DNA of 44,875 nt from Gemmatimonadota bacterium (lineage in GTDB: Bacteria; Orphanbacterota; Orphanbacteria; Orphanbacterales; Orphanbacteraceae), in NCBI GenBank assembly GCA_013002425.1, contig JABDJQ010000273.1, forward strand, positions 1-44,875. The letters are read 5' to 3'. A program made the position numbers and the translations under genes. This document shows positions 17,338 to 25,939 of the stretch, piece after piece. The notes beneath the pieces were generated by a model. It saw only the letters and a list, made by a program, of their open reading frames with translations, searched no databases and was not told the DNA's origin. Numbering within the stretch: the stretch's first letter is position 1; each line of letters opens with the position of its first letter.

Positions 17338-17658
17338 CTCGTCTCCTCTTCCCTCGCGCAGTTCGGCGCGGGGAGTATCTGCTGCATAATTTGACATAAA
17401 TTAGGCGTATGGACCCCATTCCGCAAGGACCCGGGGGCGAAAATTCGATGGATTGTCGTCGCCGGGATACGGGGCCTGAGCGGAGCGGTTCCTTCTCCCA
17501 TCTTACCACACGAACACCCCGGCTGCCGCTCGCCGAAACGCCCGGTGACCGCGCCGCATGCCGCCCTTCGACGGTCGTGCGACAGCCCACCGCCGGCCAC
17601 AGGCCTTCAGCTGCAACCGATTGAATCTGCATGGTTTGCGCGAGGATGTACAACCCGG

Positions 17659-17688
17659 TTGGCGGAAAAACGGCTCTTCTATTATACT
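17659..17688 (+). promoter_or_regulatory. possible promoter TTGGCG-N18-TATACT placed to give a (near-)leaderless mRNA for the next gene
   Basis: The -10-like TATACT (17683-17688) ends 7 nt before ATG 17696, and no SD lies between them. Motif match only. Confidence 0.25.
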
Positions 17689-17695
17689 GCGTCGC

Positions 17696-18169
17696 ATGAA
17701 GTACTACAGAATGCTACCGGTTCTGCTTCTGCTGCTGTCCTGCTCCAGCCGTTACTCGCAGACCGAAACGACACGAAGCGAAATCGACGAATCATACTCG
17801 ACCTCCACCACCATTCCCGTAGGGGTGGATGACGAAGACAAGCTCTCGTTCGCGTCGCGAGCCGCCACCGAGGGCAGGTGGATGGAATCGATTCACTCCT
17901 ATCAGGGCGTATACGACAACACGAAAGCTTCCTCGGAAGACCGCTCCCGCGCGCTGCTCGGGCTCGGCGACGTGTGGTCGAATCCGGTCAATCCGTTCCG
18001 CGACTTCGGCACGTCGCTCTTCTACCTGAACAAGGTCGCGACGGAATTCCCCGACGCGGCGGTTCGTCCGAAGGCGGAGAAGAAGATCGCGACCGTTCGG
18101 ATCATGATGGAAGAAGTCGAGAACGCCACGCGCGACCAGCTGATCGAATCGCAGCACACGAGCGACTAG
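17696..18169 (+). CDS. lipoprotein, possibly TPR-like
   Basis: MKYYRMLPVLLLLLSCSS has a lipobox. The longer track ORF (17558) adds an implausible Arg-rich extension. Function is not recognisable beyond a helical repeat-like C-terminal half. Confidence 0.6.
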   Translation: MKYYRMLPVLLLLLSCSSRYSQTETTRSEIDESYSTSTTIPVGVDDEDKLSFASRAATEGRWMESIHSYQGVYDNTKASSEDRSRALLGLGDVWSNPVNPFRDFGTSLFYLNKVATEFPDAAVRPKAEKKIATVRIMMEEVENATRDQLIESQHTSD

Positions 18170-18271
18170 ACCCGCCCGCGGCCGGCAGCGCTTTTGTACA
18201 CGCGTTTTACCCGCGCCCCCCTCGAGCCGCGATACGATCGGACCGAATCTGAAAAGAGGAGGAGGTCCGCA

Positions 18272-18541
18272 GTGTCTGTCCGTCTGTCCGCACGCATGCA
18301 GCGCAATCTGGCTTTCGGAGCGTTCCTGCTTCTGCTCGGCGCCTGTTCGCGCGACGTTCCGCCCGAGCCCCTGGTGTTCGAAGGGATGGCAGCATACGAC
18401 GATACGACAGCGGAGTTTCCCCGGGTTCGTTACGAAGACGGCACGCTGTCGATGAACGACCGCTGTATCGTTCGCCAGGTCAAGCTGAACCGCAAGATGG
18501 GCGCCGTGTATGTGAACGGGCGCCCGATCGGATTCTGCTGA
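18272..18541 (+). CDS. lipoprotein, N-terminal part of a YHS/TRASH-like protein; ends at an in-frame TGA inside the domain
   Basis: GTG 18272 lies 7 nt after AGGAGGAGG. Signal and lipobox: (M)SVRLSARMQRNLAFGAFLLLLGAC. Ends ...DRCIVRQVKLNRKMGAVYVNGRPIGFC-TGA. It is in the same frame as 18563-18907. Confidence 0.7.
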   Translation: MSVRLSARMQRNLAFGAFLLLLGACSRDVPPEPLVFEGMAAYDDTTAEFPRVRYEDGTLSMNDRCIVRQVKLNRKMGAVYVNGRPIGFC

Positions 18542-18543
18542 AC

Positions 18544-18570
18544 TCCGTGCGTCAAGGTCTTCGTGCAGGA
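18544..18570 (+). promoter_or_regulatory. RNA hairpin 3 nt downstream of the in-frame UGA (candidate bacterial SECIS-like element)
   Basis: Hand-folded pairs: U44-A70, C45-G69, C46-G68, (A67 bulged), G47-C66, U48-G65, G49-U64, C50-G63, G51-C62. The 10-nt loop is UCAAGGUCUU, with GGU about 18 nt after the U of UGA. No energy calculation was possible. Confidence 0.3.
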
Positions 18571-18907
18571 CCCCGACCCCTACCTCGAATCTCTCGATCT
18601 CTCCGTTCGGTGTGCCGTCAATCCCCGCATGCCGGCCAGGATGGACGCCGGGCACCGTACCCGCGTGAACCACGAGATCTTCTACTTCGCAACCGAGCGA
18701 GAGCGCGAAAAGTTCGCGACGAAGCCCCTGGAATACGTCGGCGTCGTCACGGATCCCGTTACGATGCAGCGGTTCGAACCGAACTCGCTTTCGCCGCGCC
18801 GCGACCATGACGGGATTCCGTTCTACTTCCTGAGCGAGGGGAACCGCGACCTGTTCACGGCAACGCCCGACAGTTTCGTGGTCCCGAAGCTTCGTATGAA
18901 GTCCTGA
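18563..18907 (+). CDS. YHS-like repeat protein (conventional call); in frame with, and probably continuous with, 18272-18541
   Basis: The track start GTG 18563 has only a weak AAGG upstream. The frame is open from 18542 (TPCVKVFVQDPDPYL...). It contains two Cys-less YHS-like copies (FYFATEREREKFATKPLEY; FYFLSEGNRDLFTATPDSF). Confidence 0.6.
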   Translation: MQDPDPYLESLDLSVRCAVNPRMPARMDAGHRTRVNHEIFYFATEREREKFATKPLEYVGVVTDPVTMQRFEPNSLSPRRDHDGIPFYFLSEGNRDLFTATPDSFVVPKLRMKS

Positions 18908-18962
18908 CGCCGCTTGACGGGAACGCGCCCTCTCTGGAAAGATCCCGGTGAGAGGTGCTGAA

Positions 18963-19445
18963 ATGAAAGAACTCGAAGTAATCGGCTGGCGGGAGTGGGT
19001 CGGACTTCCCGACCTCGCCGTGGAACGTATCAAGGCGAAAGTCGACACGGGCGCGCGCACTTCCTCGCTTCACGCGTTCGACATGGAACACTTCTCGAGG
19101 CGGAACCAGGCGTGGATCCACTTCTCCATCCATCCCATGCAGCGCGATTCGAAACAGATCATCGAGTGCGAATTCCCGATCCACGATCTCCGGACCGTTC
19201 GCAGCTCGAACGGCCGGAAAGAACTGCGCCCCGTGATCCGCACCCATCTCCACCTGAACGGTGACGACTGGCTCATCGACCTCAATCTCACTTCCCGCGA
19301 CCTCATGGGATTCCGCATGCTGCTCGGACGCGAAGCCGTTCGCAACCGCTATGCCGTCAATCCCGGACGCTCGTTTCTCGTTCGCGAACTCGTTCCGCGT
19401 CGTCTCAAGAAGCGGAGTCTCAAAAAGAGGAAGATCTCGAAGTGA
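18963..19445 (+). CDS. RimB-like retropepsin-type / 'ATP-dependent zinc protease' family protein (RimK-associated)
   Basis: [12 protein letters not shown]...[16 protein letters not shown] (D-T-G-A) ...[18 protein letters not shown] is typical of PF05618-type proteins found next to rimK. ATG 18963 follows GAGAGGTG. The stop overlaps the rimK start (GTGA). Confidence 0.8.
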   Translation: MKELEVIGWREWVGLPDLAVERIKAKVDTGARTSSLHAFDMEHFSRRNQAWIHFSIHPMQRDSKQIIECEFPIHDLRTVRSSNGRKELRPVIRTHLHLNGDDWLIDLNLTSRDLMGFRMLLGREAVRNRYAVNPGRSFLVRELVPRRLKKRSLKKRKISK

Positions 19446-20344
19446 AGATCGGCATTCTCTCCCGCAAGGCGGATCTCTATTCTACCCGCCGCCTGCGCGA
19501 AGCGTCGGAAGCGCGCGGCCACGACACGAGGATCGTCGATTACATTCGCTGTTACATGAACATTACGTCCCGGAAGCCGCGCGTTCTGTACGCGTCGCAC
19601 TCGCTCACGTTCGACGCCATCATTCCGCGCATCGGCGCTTCCATGACTTTTTACGGAACGGCGGTCGTCCGTCAGTTCGAGATGATGGGCGAGTACTCGG
19701 TGAACTCGTCGATCGGGATCGCGCGCTCGCGCGACAAACTGCGGGCGCTGCAGCTTCTGGCGCGCGCCGGCGTTCATCTTCCCGTCACCGGATTCGCGCG
19801 CTCGACGAAGGACATCGACGGGGTCATCGCCACGGTCGGCGGCGCGCCCCTCGTGATCAAGCTGCTCGAGGGCACGCAGGGAACCGGTGTCGTGCTCGCC
19901 GAGACGAACAAAGCCGCCGAGTCGGTCATCGGCGCGTTCCGGCAGCTCGACGCCAACATTCTCGTGCAGCAGTTCATCGCCGAGGCGGGGGGCGCCGACG
20001 TGCGCGCCTTCGTCGTGGGCGATCGTGTCGTGGCCGCGATGCTCCGCCAGGGGCCGGAGGGAGAGTTCCGGTCGAACCTGCACCGGGGCGGCTCGGCGCA
20101 GGCGGTAAAGCTCTCCCCGGATGAGCGGAAGCTCGCGGTGCAGGCGGCGAAGACGATGGCTCTTCGCGTGGCCGGCGTCGACATGCTCCGTTCGGACGAA
20201 GGTCCGATGGTGATGGAAGTGAACTCCTCGCCCGGTCTCGAGGGAATCGAGGAGGCGACCGGAGTCGATGTCGCGGAGGCGATCATCCGTTACATCGAAA
20301 AACACGCAAGGCCCGGCAAGAAGAGGGAGCGGATTCAAGGTTGA
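19442..20344 (+). CDS. rimK: RimK-family ATP-grasp alpha-L-glutamate ligase (ribosomal protein S6 glutamyl ligase type)
   Basis: [27 protein letters not shown]...[21 protein letters not shown]...[19 protein letters not shown]...[10 protein letters not shown]...[23 protein letters not shown] is a strong RimK-family pattern. GTG start. Confidence 0.92.
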   Translation: MKIGILSRKADLYSTRRLREASEARGHDTRIVDYIRCYMNITSRKPRVLYASHSLTFDAIIPRIGASMTFYGTAVVRQFEMMGEYSVNSSIGIARSRDKLRALQLLARAGVHLPVTGFARSTKDIDGVIATVGGAPLVIKLLEGTQGTGVVLAETNKAAESVIGAFRQLDANILVQQFIAEAGGADVRAFVVGDRVVAAMLRQGPEGEFRSNLHRGGSAQAVKLSPDERKLAVQAAKTMALRVAGVDMLRSDEGPMVMEVNSSPGLEGIEEATGVDVAEAIIRYIEKHARPGKKRERIQG

Positions 20345-21462
20345 CCGAAAAGAGCAAACCAGGCAAGCCGAGCAAAACACGCAAGGCCGGCAAGCAGAGC
20401 AGGGCCGGCAAGACGAGCGCGGCGAGCAGGACGAGTAAAAAAGCGCGGAAGCCGGACAAGCCGGAGATGCCGGACAAGACGAAGAGGCCCGTCAAAGTGG
20501 GTGGTCGCGAAAAGTGGGGCCCGATCTCGATCGGTCCCGTCACCGCTTCGCCGGGCGAGCTCACGCGACTGGAGCTTCCGTTCTCGCGCCTGGCAACGGG
20601 AACGTGGGCATCCATTCCGGTCGCGGTGCTGCACGGAAAGCAGCCCGGCCCGCGGATCTGGGTGAACGCGGTCATTCACGGCGACGAGCTGAACGGCGTT
20701 CCGATCATTCGCGAACTCGTGCACGACATCGACCCGACGCGGCTCAGGGGAACGGTGGTTGCCGTGCCCATCGTCAACGTATTCGGGCTGATCAAGGAGT
20801 CGCGCTATCTGCCTGACCGGCGCGATCTGAATCGTTCTTTTCCCGGTTCGGCGCGCGGCTCCATGGCGTCGCAGCTCGCCCATCTGTTCATGACGCATAT
20901 CGTTGCCGGCTCGAGCCTCGGGTTCGATCTGCACACGGGCTCCGACGGGCGAACGAACCTGCCGCAGATCCGGTGCGATCTCGAAGATCCGGTCACGGCG
21001 GAATACGCGGACGTGTTCGGCGCTCCGCTCAACCTGCACTCTCCGCTTCGCGGAGGATCGCTTCGGGCCGCCGCGGGCAAGATGGGTATTCCCGTTCTTG
21101 TCTACGAAGGGGGCGAAGCGTTTCGTTTCAATCGCGAAGCGTTCCGGGTCGGCTACGAGGGCGTGAGGCGCGTGCTCGAACGGCTCGGCATGTACGAGTC
21201 GGGGCTCCCCCCGGTGACGAACAGCCCGGCGCGATCCCACGCGAGCCAGTGGGTGCGGGCCCGGCGCTCGGGACTCTGCCAGCTGAGCGTTCGTATCGGC
21301 GCGCGCGTCAAGCAGGGCGACAGGATCGCGGTCATCTACGACGCGGCCACCCGCTGGGAATCGGTCATACGCGCCAGGGCCGACGGCATGATTATCGGCA
21401 TGACGCGCGTGGCTATCGTCCACAGGGGAGACGCCATCGTCCATATCGCTTCCATCGACTAG
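20341..21462 (+). CDS. succinylglutamate desuccinylase/aspartoacylase (AstE/AspA, M14-like) family deacylase with Lys-rich N-terminal extension
   Basis: Zinc motif [12 protein letters not shown] plus DLNRSFPGS...DLHTG. TTG 20341 overlaps the rimK stop (TTGA). The first ~55 aa are K/P/S/A-rich with coding-like GC3. An alternative start at ATG 20467 would remove most of the tail. Confidence 0.82.
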   Translation: MTEKSKPGKPSKTRKAGKQSRAGKTSAASRTSKKARKPDKPEMPDKTKRPVKVGGREKWGPISIGPVTASPGELTRLELPFSRLATGTWASIPVAVLHGKQPGPRIWVNAVIHGDELNGVPIIRELVHDIDPTRLRGTVVAVPIVNVFGLIKESRYLPDRRDLNRSFPGSARGSMASQLAHLFMTHIVAGSSLGFDLHTGSDGRTNLPQIRCDLEDPVTAEYADVFGAPLNLHSPLRGGSLRAAAGKMGIPVLVYEGGEAFRFNREAFRVGYEGVRRVLERLGMYESGLPPVTNSPARSHASQWVRARRSGLCQLSVRIGARVKQGDRIAVIYDAATRWESVIRARADGMIIGMTRVAIVHRGDAIVHIASID

Positions 21463-21515
21463 CACCCTCGCGATGTGGTATCGTGGGATCGCATCCGCAA
21501 CGGAGTGGAGGTGCC

Positions 21516-22325
21516 ATGCGGAGGACGCTCCCGAATCGTTATCATCTGGCGGCGGCTCTCGTCGCAATCATACTGCTCGGCTGCACGCGGGTCGAATACA
21601 CGCGCATCTACGACGAAGGGCAAGGCTCGGAAGGCCGCACCACCCCGATCGTGTCCTCACGCCCCGAACTGGCCGTTCGCCTCGACGGCTACGTGGATAT
21701 GGGCGAGATTCTCGCCCGCGGCCAGGGCGCGCGCGCGCAGATCATGCGCGAAGCCTCCCGCAAAGGCGCGGACCTCGTCTACATTTCCTATTACACGAAC
21801 ACGCCCTCGGCATTTCAGGAGTCGGACCAGGGGCTCGCGTCCGAGAAGGACGAGACGCCCGCGACTTACTTCGAGGCCAAGCTCTTTCGGCACGAACCTG
21901 ATATCGCGATGGACCGCGGGCTGATCTTCGCGCTCGCGTATCCTTCGGAACTGGGCGACGCGAGCGGCCGGCTCGTTACGGCGGACGACCGCGCCCTCTA
22001 TGTCGCGGCGTTTCTCGATTCGGGGGCGAATCCGAACGCGGAACACGGCGGCGTTCCCGTTCTCGGCAAAGTCATCACGCACTGGCACCGTCACTTCGAC
22101 GGGAGGCACGTGGATATCGTGCGTTCTCTCGTCGCTCACGGCGCCGATCCCGGTCTCGAACTCCCGACAGGCGAAACGCTTCTTCAGGCATGCGAGCGGG
22201 TGGAAGCCTGGGTTCTGGAGAAGGAGGAGAGCGCGGAAGGAAAAGCCGCCGACGAGTACTCGCGCATGCGGGAGCAGTACGGCCTCATTCGCGAAGCACT
22301 CACGGAAGCCACCACGAAGAGCTGA
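21516..22325 (+). CDS. lipoprotein with C-terminal ankyrin-like repeats
   Basis: ATG 21516 follows GGAGTGGAGG. MRRTLPNRYHLAAALVAIILLGC has a lipobox. ANK-like: FLDSGANPNAEHGGVPVLG..., LVAHGADPGLELPTGETLLQAC. The track ORF start at 20973 overlaps the previous gene and is rejected. Confidence 0.65.
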   Translation: MRRTLPNRYHLAAALVAIILLGCTRVEYTRIYDEGQGSEGRTTPIVSSRPELAVRLDGYVDMGEILARGQGARAQIMREASRKGADLVYISYYTNTPSAFQESDQGLASEKDETPATYFEAKLFRHEPDIAMDRGLIFALAYPSELGDASGRLVTADDRALYVAAFLDSGANPNAEHGGVPVLGKVITHWHRHFDGRHVDIVRSLVAHGADPGLELPTGETLLQACERVEAWVLEKEESAEGKAADEYSRMREQYGLIREALTEATTKS

Positions 22326-22344
22326 ACACGCGCTCACCTCTACG

Positions 22345-22749
22345 CTAGTCGAGAAGCCGCCCGGCCCGATCGCTGTCAGGGATCAGGCAGACATCACTCC
22401 TTCCGAATACTCGAAAACGGATGCGTGCGACGAAACGATAGAGCGCGTCGCGCACCGGACGCGGCACGATCCGGAAGACACGAAACCATCCCCAGAAGCC
22501 GTCGAGCAGCTCGACGATACGAAGCACGGCGCCGGAGCGTTCCAGGATCTCTCCGTCTTCGTAAAGAATCAGCGTCTCCCCGGCGTCGCCGTCCCGCGAC
22601 ACGCCGAGGCTCGCGGCGGTCCTCCCCTGAAGGGGGGCGTAGCGAAAGATGTCGCCGCGGTCGCGCGTGTAGACGAAGCGAACAGCCCTGTGACAGAGCG
22701 CGCACTCGCCGTCGTAAAACAGAATCGGGCCGCCGGCGGATTCGGTCAT
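22345..22749 (-). CDS. DCC-family thiol-disulfide oxidoreductase (DUF393)
   Basis: ILFYDGECALCHRAVRF (D-x-x-C-x-x-C signature) with family-typical length. ATG 22749 overlaps the stop of the upstream gene (ATGA). Confidence 0.85.
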   Translation of the reverse strand: MTESAGGPILFYDGECALCHRAVRFVYTRDRGDIFRYAPLQGRTAASLGVSRDGDAGETLILYEDGEILERSGAVLRIVELLDGFWGWFRVFRIVPRPVRDALYRFVARIRFRVFGRSDVCLIPDSDRAGRLLD

Positions 22750-23849
22750 GCGATGCGCTCGGGGCTCCCCTTTCGAACGGGCCGTCGCGCCCGCCACCAC
22801 GCGCCCGCCGGAATGAGCAGCACGAGCAACTGCGCGGGTCCGGCGCCCCTGAAGAAGAACTGCTGCTGCGTGGTGGTTTCGCGGAACTCGTCGTTCGTCG
22901 CGGCCTTCTCGATATAGATCGAGTGCCGGAACGCGGTGATCGTCGTGATCGTGCGTTCCAGCCTCGTCAGGAACGTGCCCGCCTTCGCGAAGTCCGCCAT
23001 CGACGGATAGAGCGTCAGCATCGCTTCGTATTCACTCGCCGTGATCCGGTTCGCATAGCGCGTTCGAAATCCGTCGAGCGAGGCGCGATCGTCGCCCACC
23101 ACGTAGAAAGTGACGGGAAGCGTGCCGGTCCAGTTGATGCTGAGTATGGGCAGCGCGAACTCGAAGTCCGTTCCCGCGAATTCGAAGAGAACCGGATCGA
23201 CGTTCGTATTCCATCCTTGCGCCGGGACCTGGGCCTTCGTGGTGTCGAGCCGCATCGCCGTGAAGAACCAGCCGTCTTCGACGAGCGGCGCGAACTTCGC
23301 CTCATCCTCTTCCGCGAGGGTGAAGTTTCGCTCGTTCAGCCAGTTCACGAGCGCGTCCGGATCGTCCGACGTGATGACGGTCGCCTGGAAAGCGCCCACG
23401 GTCGTTTCACTGATCACGATCACGCCGTCGTCGCGCGTTTCCGCGTCACCGCCCCCCGCGGTTCCGTCGTTCAGCACGCCCGTAGCGAAATCGCTGCTGT
23501 TGCACCCGAACGCGCCGTCGTCGTTCGAGCGCTGCACGAAGATCGGGGCCGTCATGTTGCGCGCTTCTCTCCAGATCGTGGCGCTGGCGGGGAAGAGCGC
23601 CGGCTCGGCCGGTGTCGGCACGATCAGCGCGAAGTCGCGCGCGTTCCCGGTGAAGCGGATGTTCGGAATCAGCTGAATCATCTCGTTCTTCTTGTCGATA
23701 CGAACGAGGTTCAACTGCCCCGCGTTCTGAATCTCCCAGTCGGGAGGCGGAATCGGGCAGCAGACAGCGCCGGCTTCGCCGGGTCGAGAGACGAGTGCGA
23801 TGACCGCGATGACGGTTGCGAAGAGAAGCGTTTTGATCGTGTGTTTCAT
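22746..23849 (-). CDS. secreted protein with N-terminal Cys-Cys motif and C-terminal membrane anchor (DUF2330-like)
   Basis: ATG 23849 lies 5 nt after GGAGG. Signal peptide MKHTIKTLLFATVIAVIALVS...GEAGA followed by VCCPIPPPDW. C-terminal hydrophobic helix plus basic tail (LLVLLIPAGAWWRARRPVRK). The DUF2330 assignment is from memory of the family architecture and was not verified. Confidence 0.7.
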   Translation of the reverse strand: MKHTIKTLLFATVIAVIALVSRPGEAGAVCCPIPPPDWEIQNAGQLNLVRIDKKNEMIQLIPNIRFTGNARDFALIVPTPAEPALFPASATIWREARNMTAPIFVQRSNDDGAFGCNSSDFATGVLNDGTAGGGDAETRDDGVIVISETTVGAFQATVITSDDPDALVNWLNERNFTLAEEDEAKFAPLVEDGWFFTAMRLDTTKAQVPAQGWNTNVDPVLFEFAGTDFEFALPILSINWTGTLPVTFYVVGDDRASLDGFRTRYANRITASEYEAMLTLYPSMADFAKAGTFLTRLERTITTITAFRHSIYIEKAATNDEFRETTTQQQFFFRGAGPAQLLVLLIPAGAWWRARRPVRKGSPERIA

Positions 23850-24448
23850 GATTGACCTCCGCCGAGGGGAAGAGCGATGCCGATTTCCGTCTGCGCGCCG
23901 TCGAAGTCGAGCGATCGATCGTCGAAGTCGCTCTCGGAAAGAATCGTGAGGCGCTGCCTGATCCACGCGTACATCCTGTCGTTCACGCGAACGCGCGGTC
24001 GAAAGTCGAGTGCGATTCCGTGCGCGGTTGCGCTCGACTCGACGTCGAACGAGCTCGTTCGTTTCGCGAAGAGCGTCTGCCAGCCGATCGAGAAAGCGAT
24101 CCGCACGGGGCTCTCGGGGGCGCCGCCGGTGACCCCCGCTCCGATCGTGACGGGAAACGCGTTGTAGGTCGCCTCGTCGGTCTCGAACGTCGGGTCGACC
24201 GTGCCGAGATCGTTTCCGTTCGCGTGAATCCATCCTGTTTCGAGAAAGAAGAACCCGGGGCCGGGGGGCATGGGGACGAGCACGCCGGCGCTGAACGACG
24301 GGCTGCTTCCGTAGTCGTCGCCGTGCCCGTCGTCGAACGGATTATAGAACCCGCCGCCGAAAGAGAGGTCGAGTTCCGCGGCTTCGGCAGGCGCGGGAAG
24401 GGCGGCGAGCACGAGTAGAACCGGCAGGAGTCTGAGTACGTTCTGCAA
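23846..24448 (-). CDS. putative outer-membrane beta-barrel-like protein
   Basis: TTG 24448 lies 8 nt after GGAGG and gives the signal peptide LQNVLRLLPVLLVLAALPAPAEA. The mature part has alternating beta-strand-like segments and Gly/aromatic-rich turns. The stop overlaps the next start (ATGA). Confidence 0.55.
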   Translation of the reverse strand: MQNVLRLLPVLLVLAALPAPAEAAELDLSFGGGFYNPFDDGHGDDYGSSPSFSAGVLVPMPPGPGFFFLETGWIHANGNDLGTVDPTFETDEATYNAFPVTIGAGVTGGAPESPVRIAFSIGWQTLFAKRTSSFDVESSATAHGIALDFRPRVRVNDRMYAWIRQRLTILSESDFDDRSLDFDGAQTEIGIALPLGGGQS

Positions 24449-24601
24449 GCGAGAGACCTCCGTGGGGATATGTTTCGGGAACGAACGAGAAAACGCGGGG
24501 ATAGTGCGAACCGGAACCGGGCGCATGATCGTCTCCCGGGGAACTCTTCGCACGTTCAGTATACGCCTCCGGCGTCACCGGCGTCCATTGTGGATCGCTT
24601 T

Positions 24602-25867
24602 CTATGATTTCGACGCTTCTGATGCACGCAGGGGAATCTGTCTGAAGTCGCCCCCCGTGGGATCCTGGAACACGCGAAGGCCGAATTCGGGAATCACCGC
24701 GAGAATGTGATCGAAGATGTCGGCCTGAATCTGTTCGTAGTCGGCCCACGCCTGCACTTTGGAGAAGACGTAGATCTCGATCGGAATCCCCTGCGGCCCC
24801 GGAGCAAGCTGACGAACCAGAAACGTCATCTCGGGATTCACGAGCGGGTGCTTCCTGAGGTATTGCTGCAGATACGCGCGGAACGTACCGATGTTCGTCA
24901 GGCGCCGGCCGTTCACGAGCACGGCGAGATCCACTTTGATTTCGTCGTTGTACTTCTGCACTTCCGCGACTTTCGTTTCGATGTATTTCGTCAGAAACGC
25001 GAACTTTCGAAACCGGTCCACGTCCTCCGTCGTCAGAAACCGAACGGAGGTCATGTCGATGTTGATGGCGCGCTTGATCCTTCTCCCGCCCGACTCCTCC
25101 ATCCCCTTCCAGTTTCGGAACGCGTCGCTCACGAGGGCGTAAGTGGGGATCGTCGAGATCGTCTTGTCCCAGTTCTGGACCTTGACGGCCGTGAGCGTGG
25201 CGTCGGTGACCGTGCCGTCGGCGCCGTACTTCGGCATTTCGATCCAGTCGCCCACCTTTACCATGTCGTTCGCCGAAAGCTGAATGCTCGCGACGAAACC
25301 GAGAATCGTGTCTTTGAAAACGAGCAGGATCACGGCGGTCAGCGCGCCCATCCCGCTCAGGAAGACGAACGGAGAGCGGTTCATCAGAACGGCAAGCGCG
25401 AGAACGCCGAGGACGAAGAACGTCACGATCTTGGCGATCTGCACGTAGCCGCGAATCGGGCGGCTGCGTCCGGCTTCGGAACGCGTGTAGATGGCGTGGG
25501 CCGAGTCGAGGAGCCCCGAGATAACCCGGATCAGCACGAGGATCATATAAGCGACCGCAAGACGCTCGACTACCGTGACGACGTTTGCATGCTGCGCGAA
25601 TGCGACCGGCGTCGTGAAATACAGAACGAATGCCGGGGCGAGTTCGGCCAGCCGGGCGAACACCTGGTTCTCCAGAATCACGTCGTCCCATTCGACCTGG
25701 CTTCTCGCAACGACGCGCTTCAGAACCCGAAGTACGACTCGCTTCGCCACGAACCACGATATCCAGGCGAGCACCAGAATGGCGAAAGCGATGATCACAT
25801 ATGCAGCGAGCTCCGCCGTGCCGTCCTGCATGCCGCGGCCCGTCATCCAATCGCGAATCCATTCCAT
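24602..25867 (-). CDS. mechanosensitive ion channel, MscS family (YbdG/MscM-like)
   Basis: N-terminal TM helices, then ...SANDMVKVGDWIEMPKYGADGTVTDATLTAVKVQNWDKTISTIPTYALVSDAFRNW... is typical of the MscS beta-domain. About 420 aa, like YbdG. AGGA SD 6 nt upstream. Confidence 0.88.
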   Translation of the reverse strand: MEWIRDWMTGRGMQDGTAELAAYVIIAFAILVLAWISWFVAKRVVLRVLKRVVARSQVEWDDVILENQVFARLAELAPAFVLYFTTPVAFAQHANVVTVVERLAVAYMILVLIRVISGLLDSAHAIYTRSEAGRSRPIRGYVQIAKIVTFFVLGVLALAVLMNRSPFVFLSGMGALTAVILLVFKDTILGFVASIQLSANDMVKVGDWIEMPKYGADGTVTDATLTAVKVQNWDKTISTIPTYALVSDAFRNWKGMEESGGRRIKRAINIDMTSVRFLTTEDVDRFRKFAFLTKYIETKVAEVQKYNDEIKVDLAVLVNGRRLTNIGTFRAYLQQYLRKHPLVNPEMTFLVRQLAPGPQGIPIEIYVFSKVQAWADYEQIQADIFDHILAVIPEFGLRVFQDPTGGDFRQIPLRASEASKS

Positions 25868-25939
25868 TCGACCATCCTTCGTTCATTCGAGTAACACATG
25901 GCCAGGCGATCCTGTGCAGAGCATACCAAGAGCTGCGCG

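Noticed and set aside
17398-17695. tRNA/ncRNA or promoter pair in the 300-nt divergent spacer (TTGACA at 17391-17396)
   Set aside because: There are no tRNA-like T-arm or anticodon features. The TTGACA has no -10 partner at 16-19 nt. Only the weak 17659-17688 candidate was retained.
18539-18541. Genome-wide TGA reassignment (code 4/25) as the explanation for the in-frame TGA
   Set aside because: Several well-supported genes in this window terminate at TGA exactly where homology says they should (e.g. 1168, 10797, 19443, 20342, and the ATGA/TTGA-coupled stops). TGA is therefore a normal stop here.
20973-21515. N-terminal 181 codons of track ORF 20973-22325
   Set aside because: It overlaps the 3' third of the AstE/AspA-like gene in another frame and is Arg-rich. 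An SD plus ATG at 21516 gives a clean lipoprotein signal peptide.
20335-21567. 410-aa minus-strand ORF
   Set aside because: Antisense to the AstE/AspA-like gene, which has the HxxE zinc motif.
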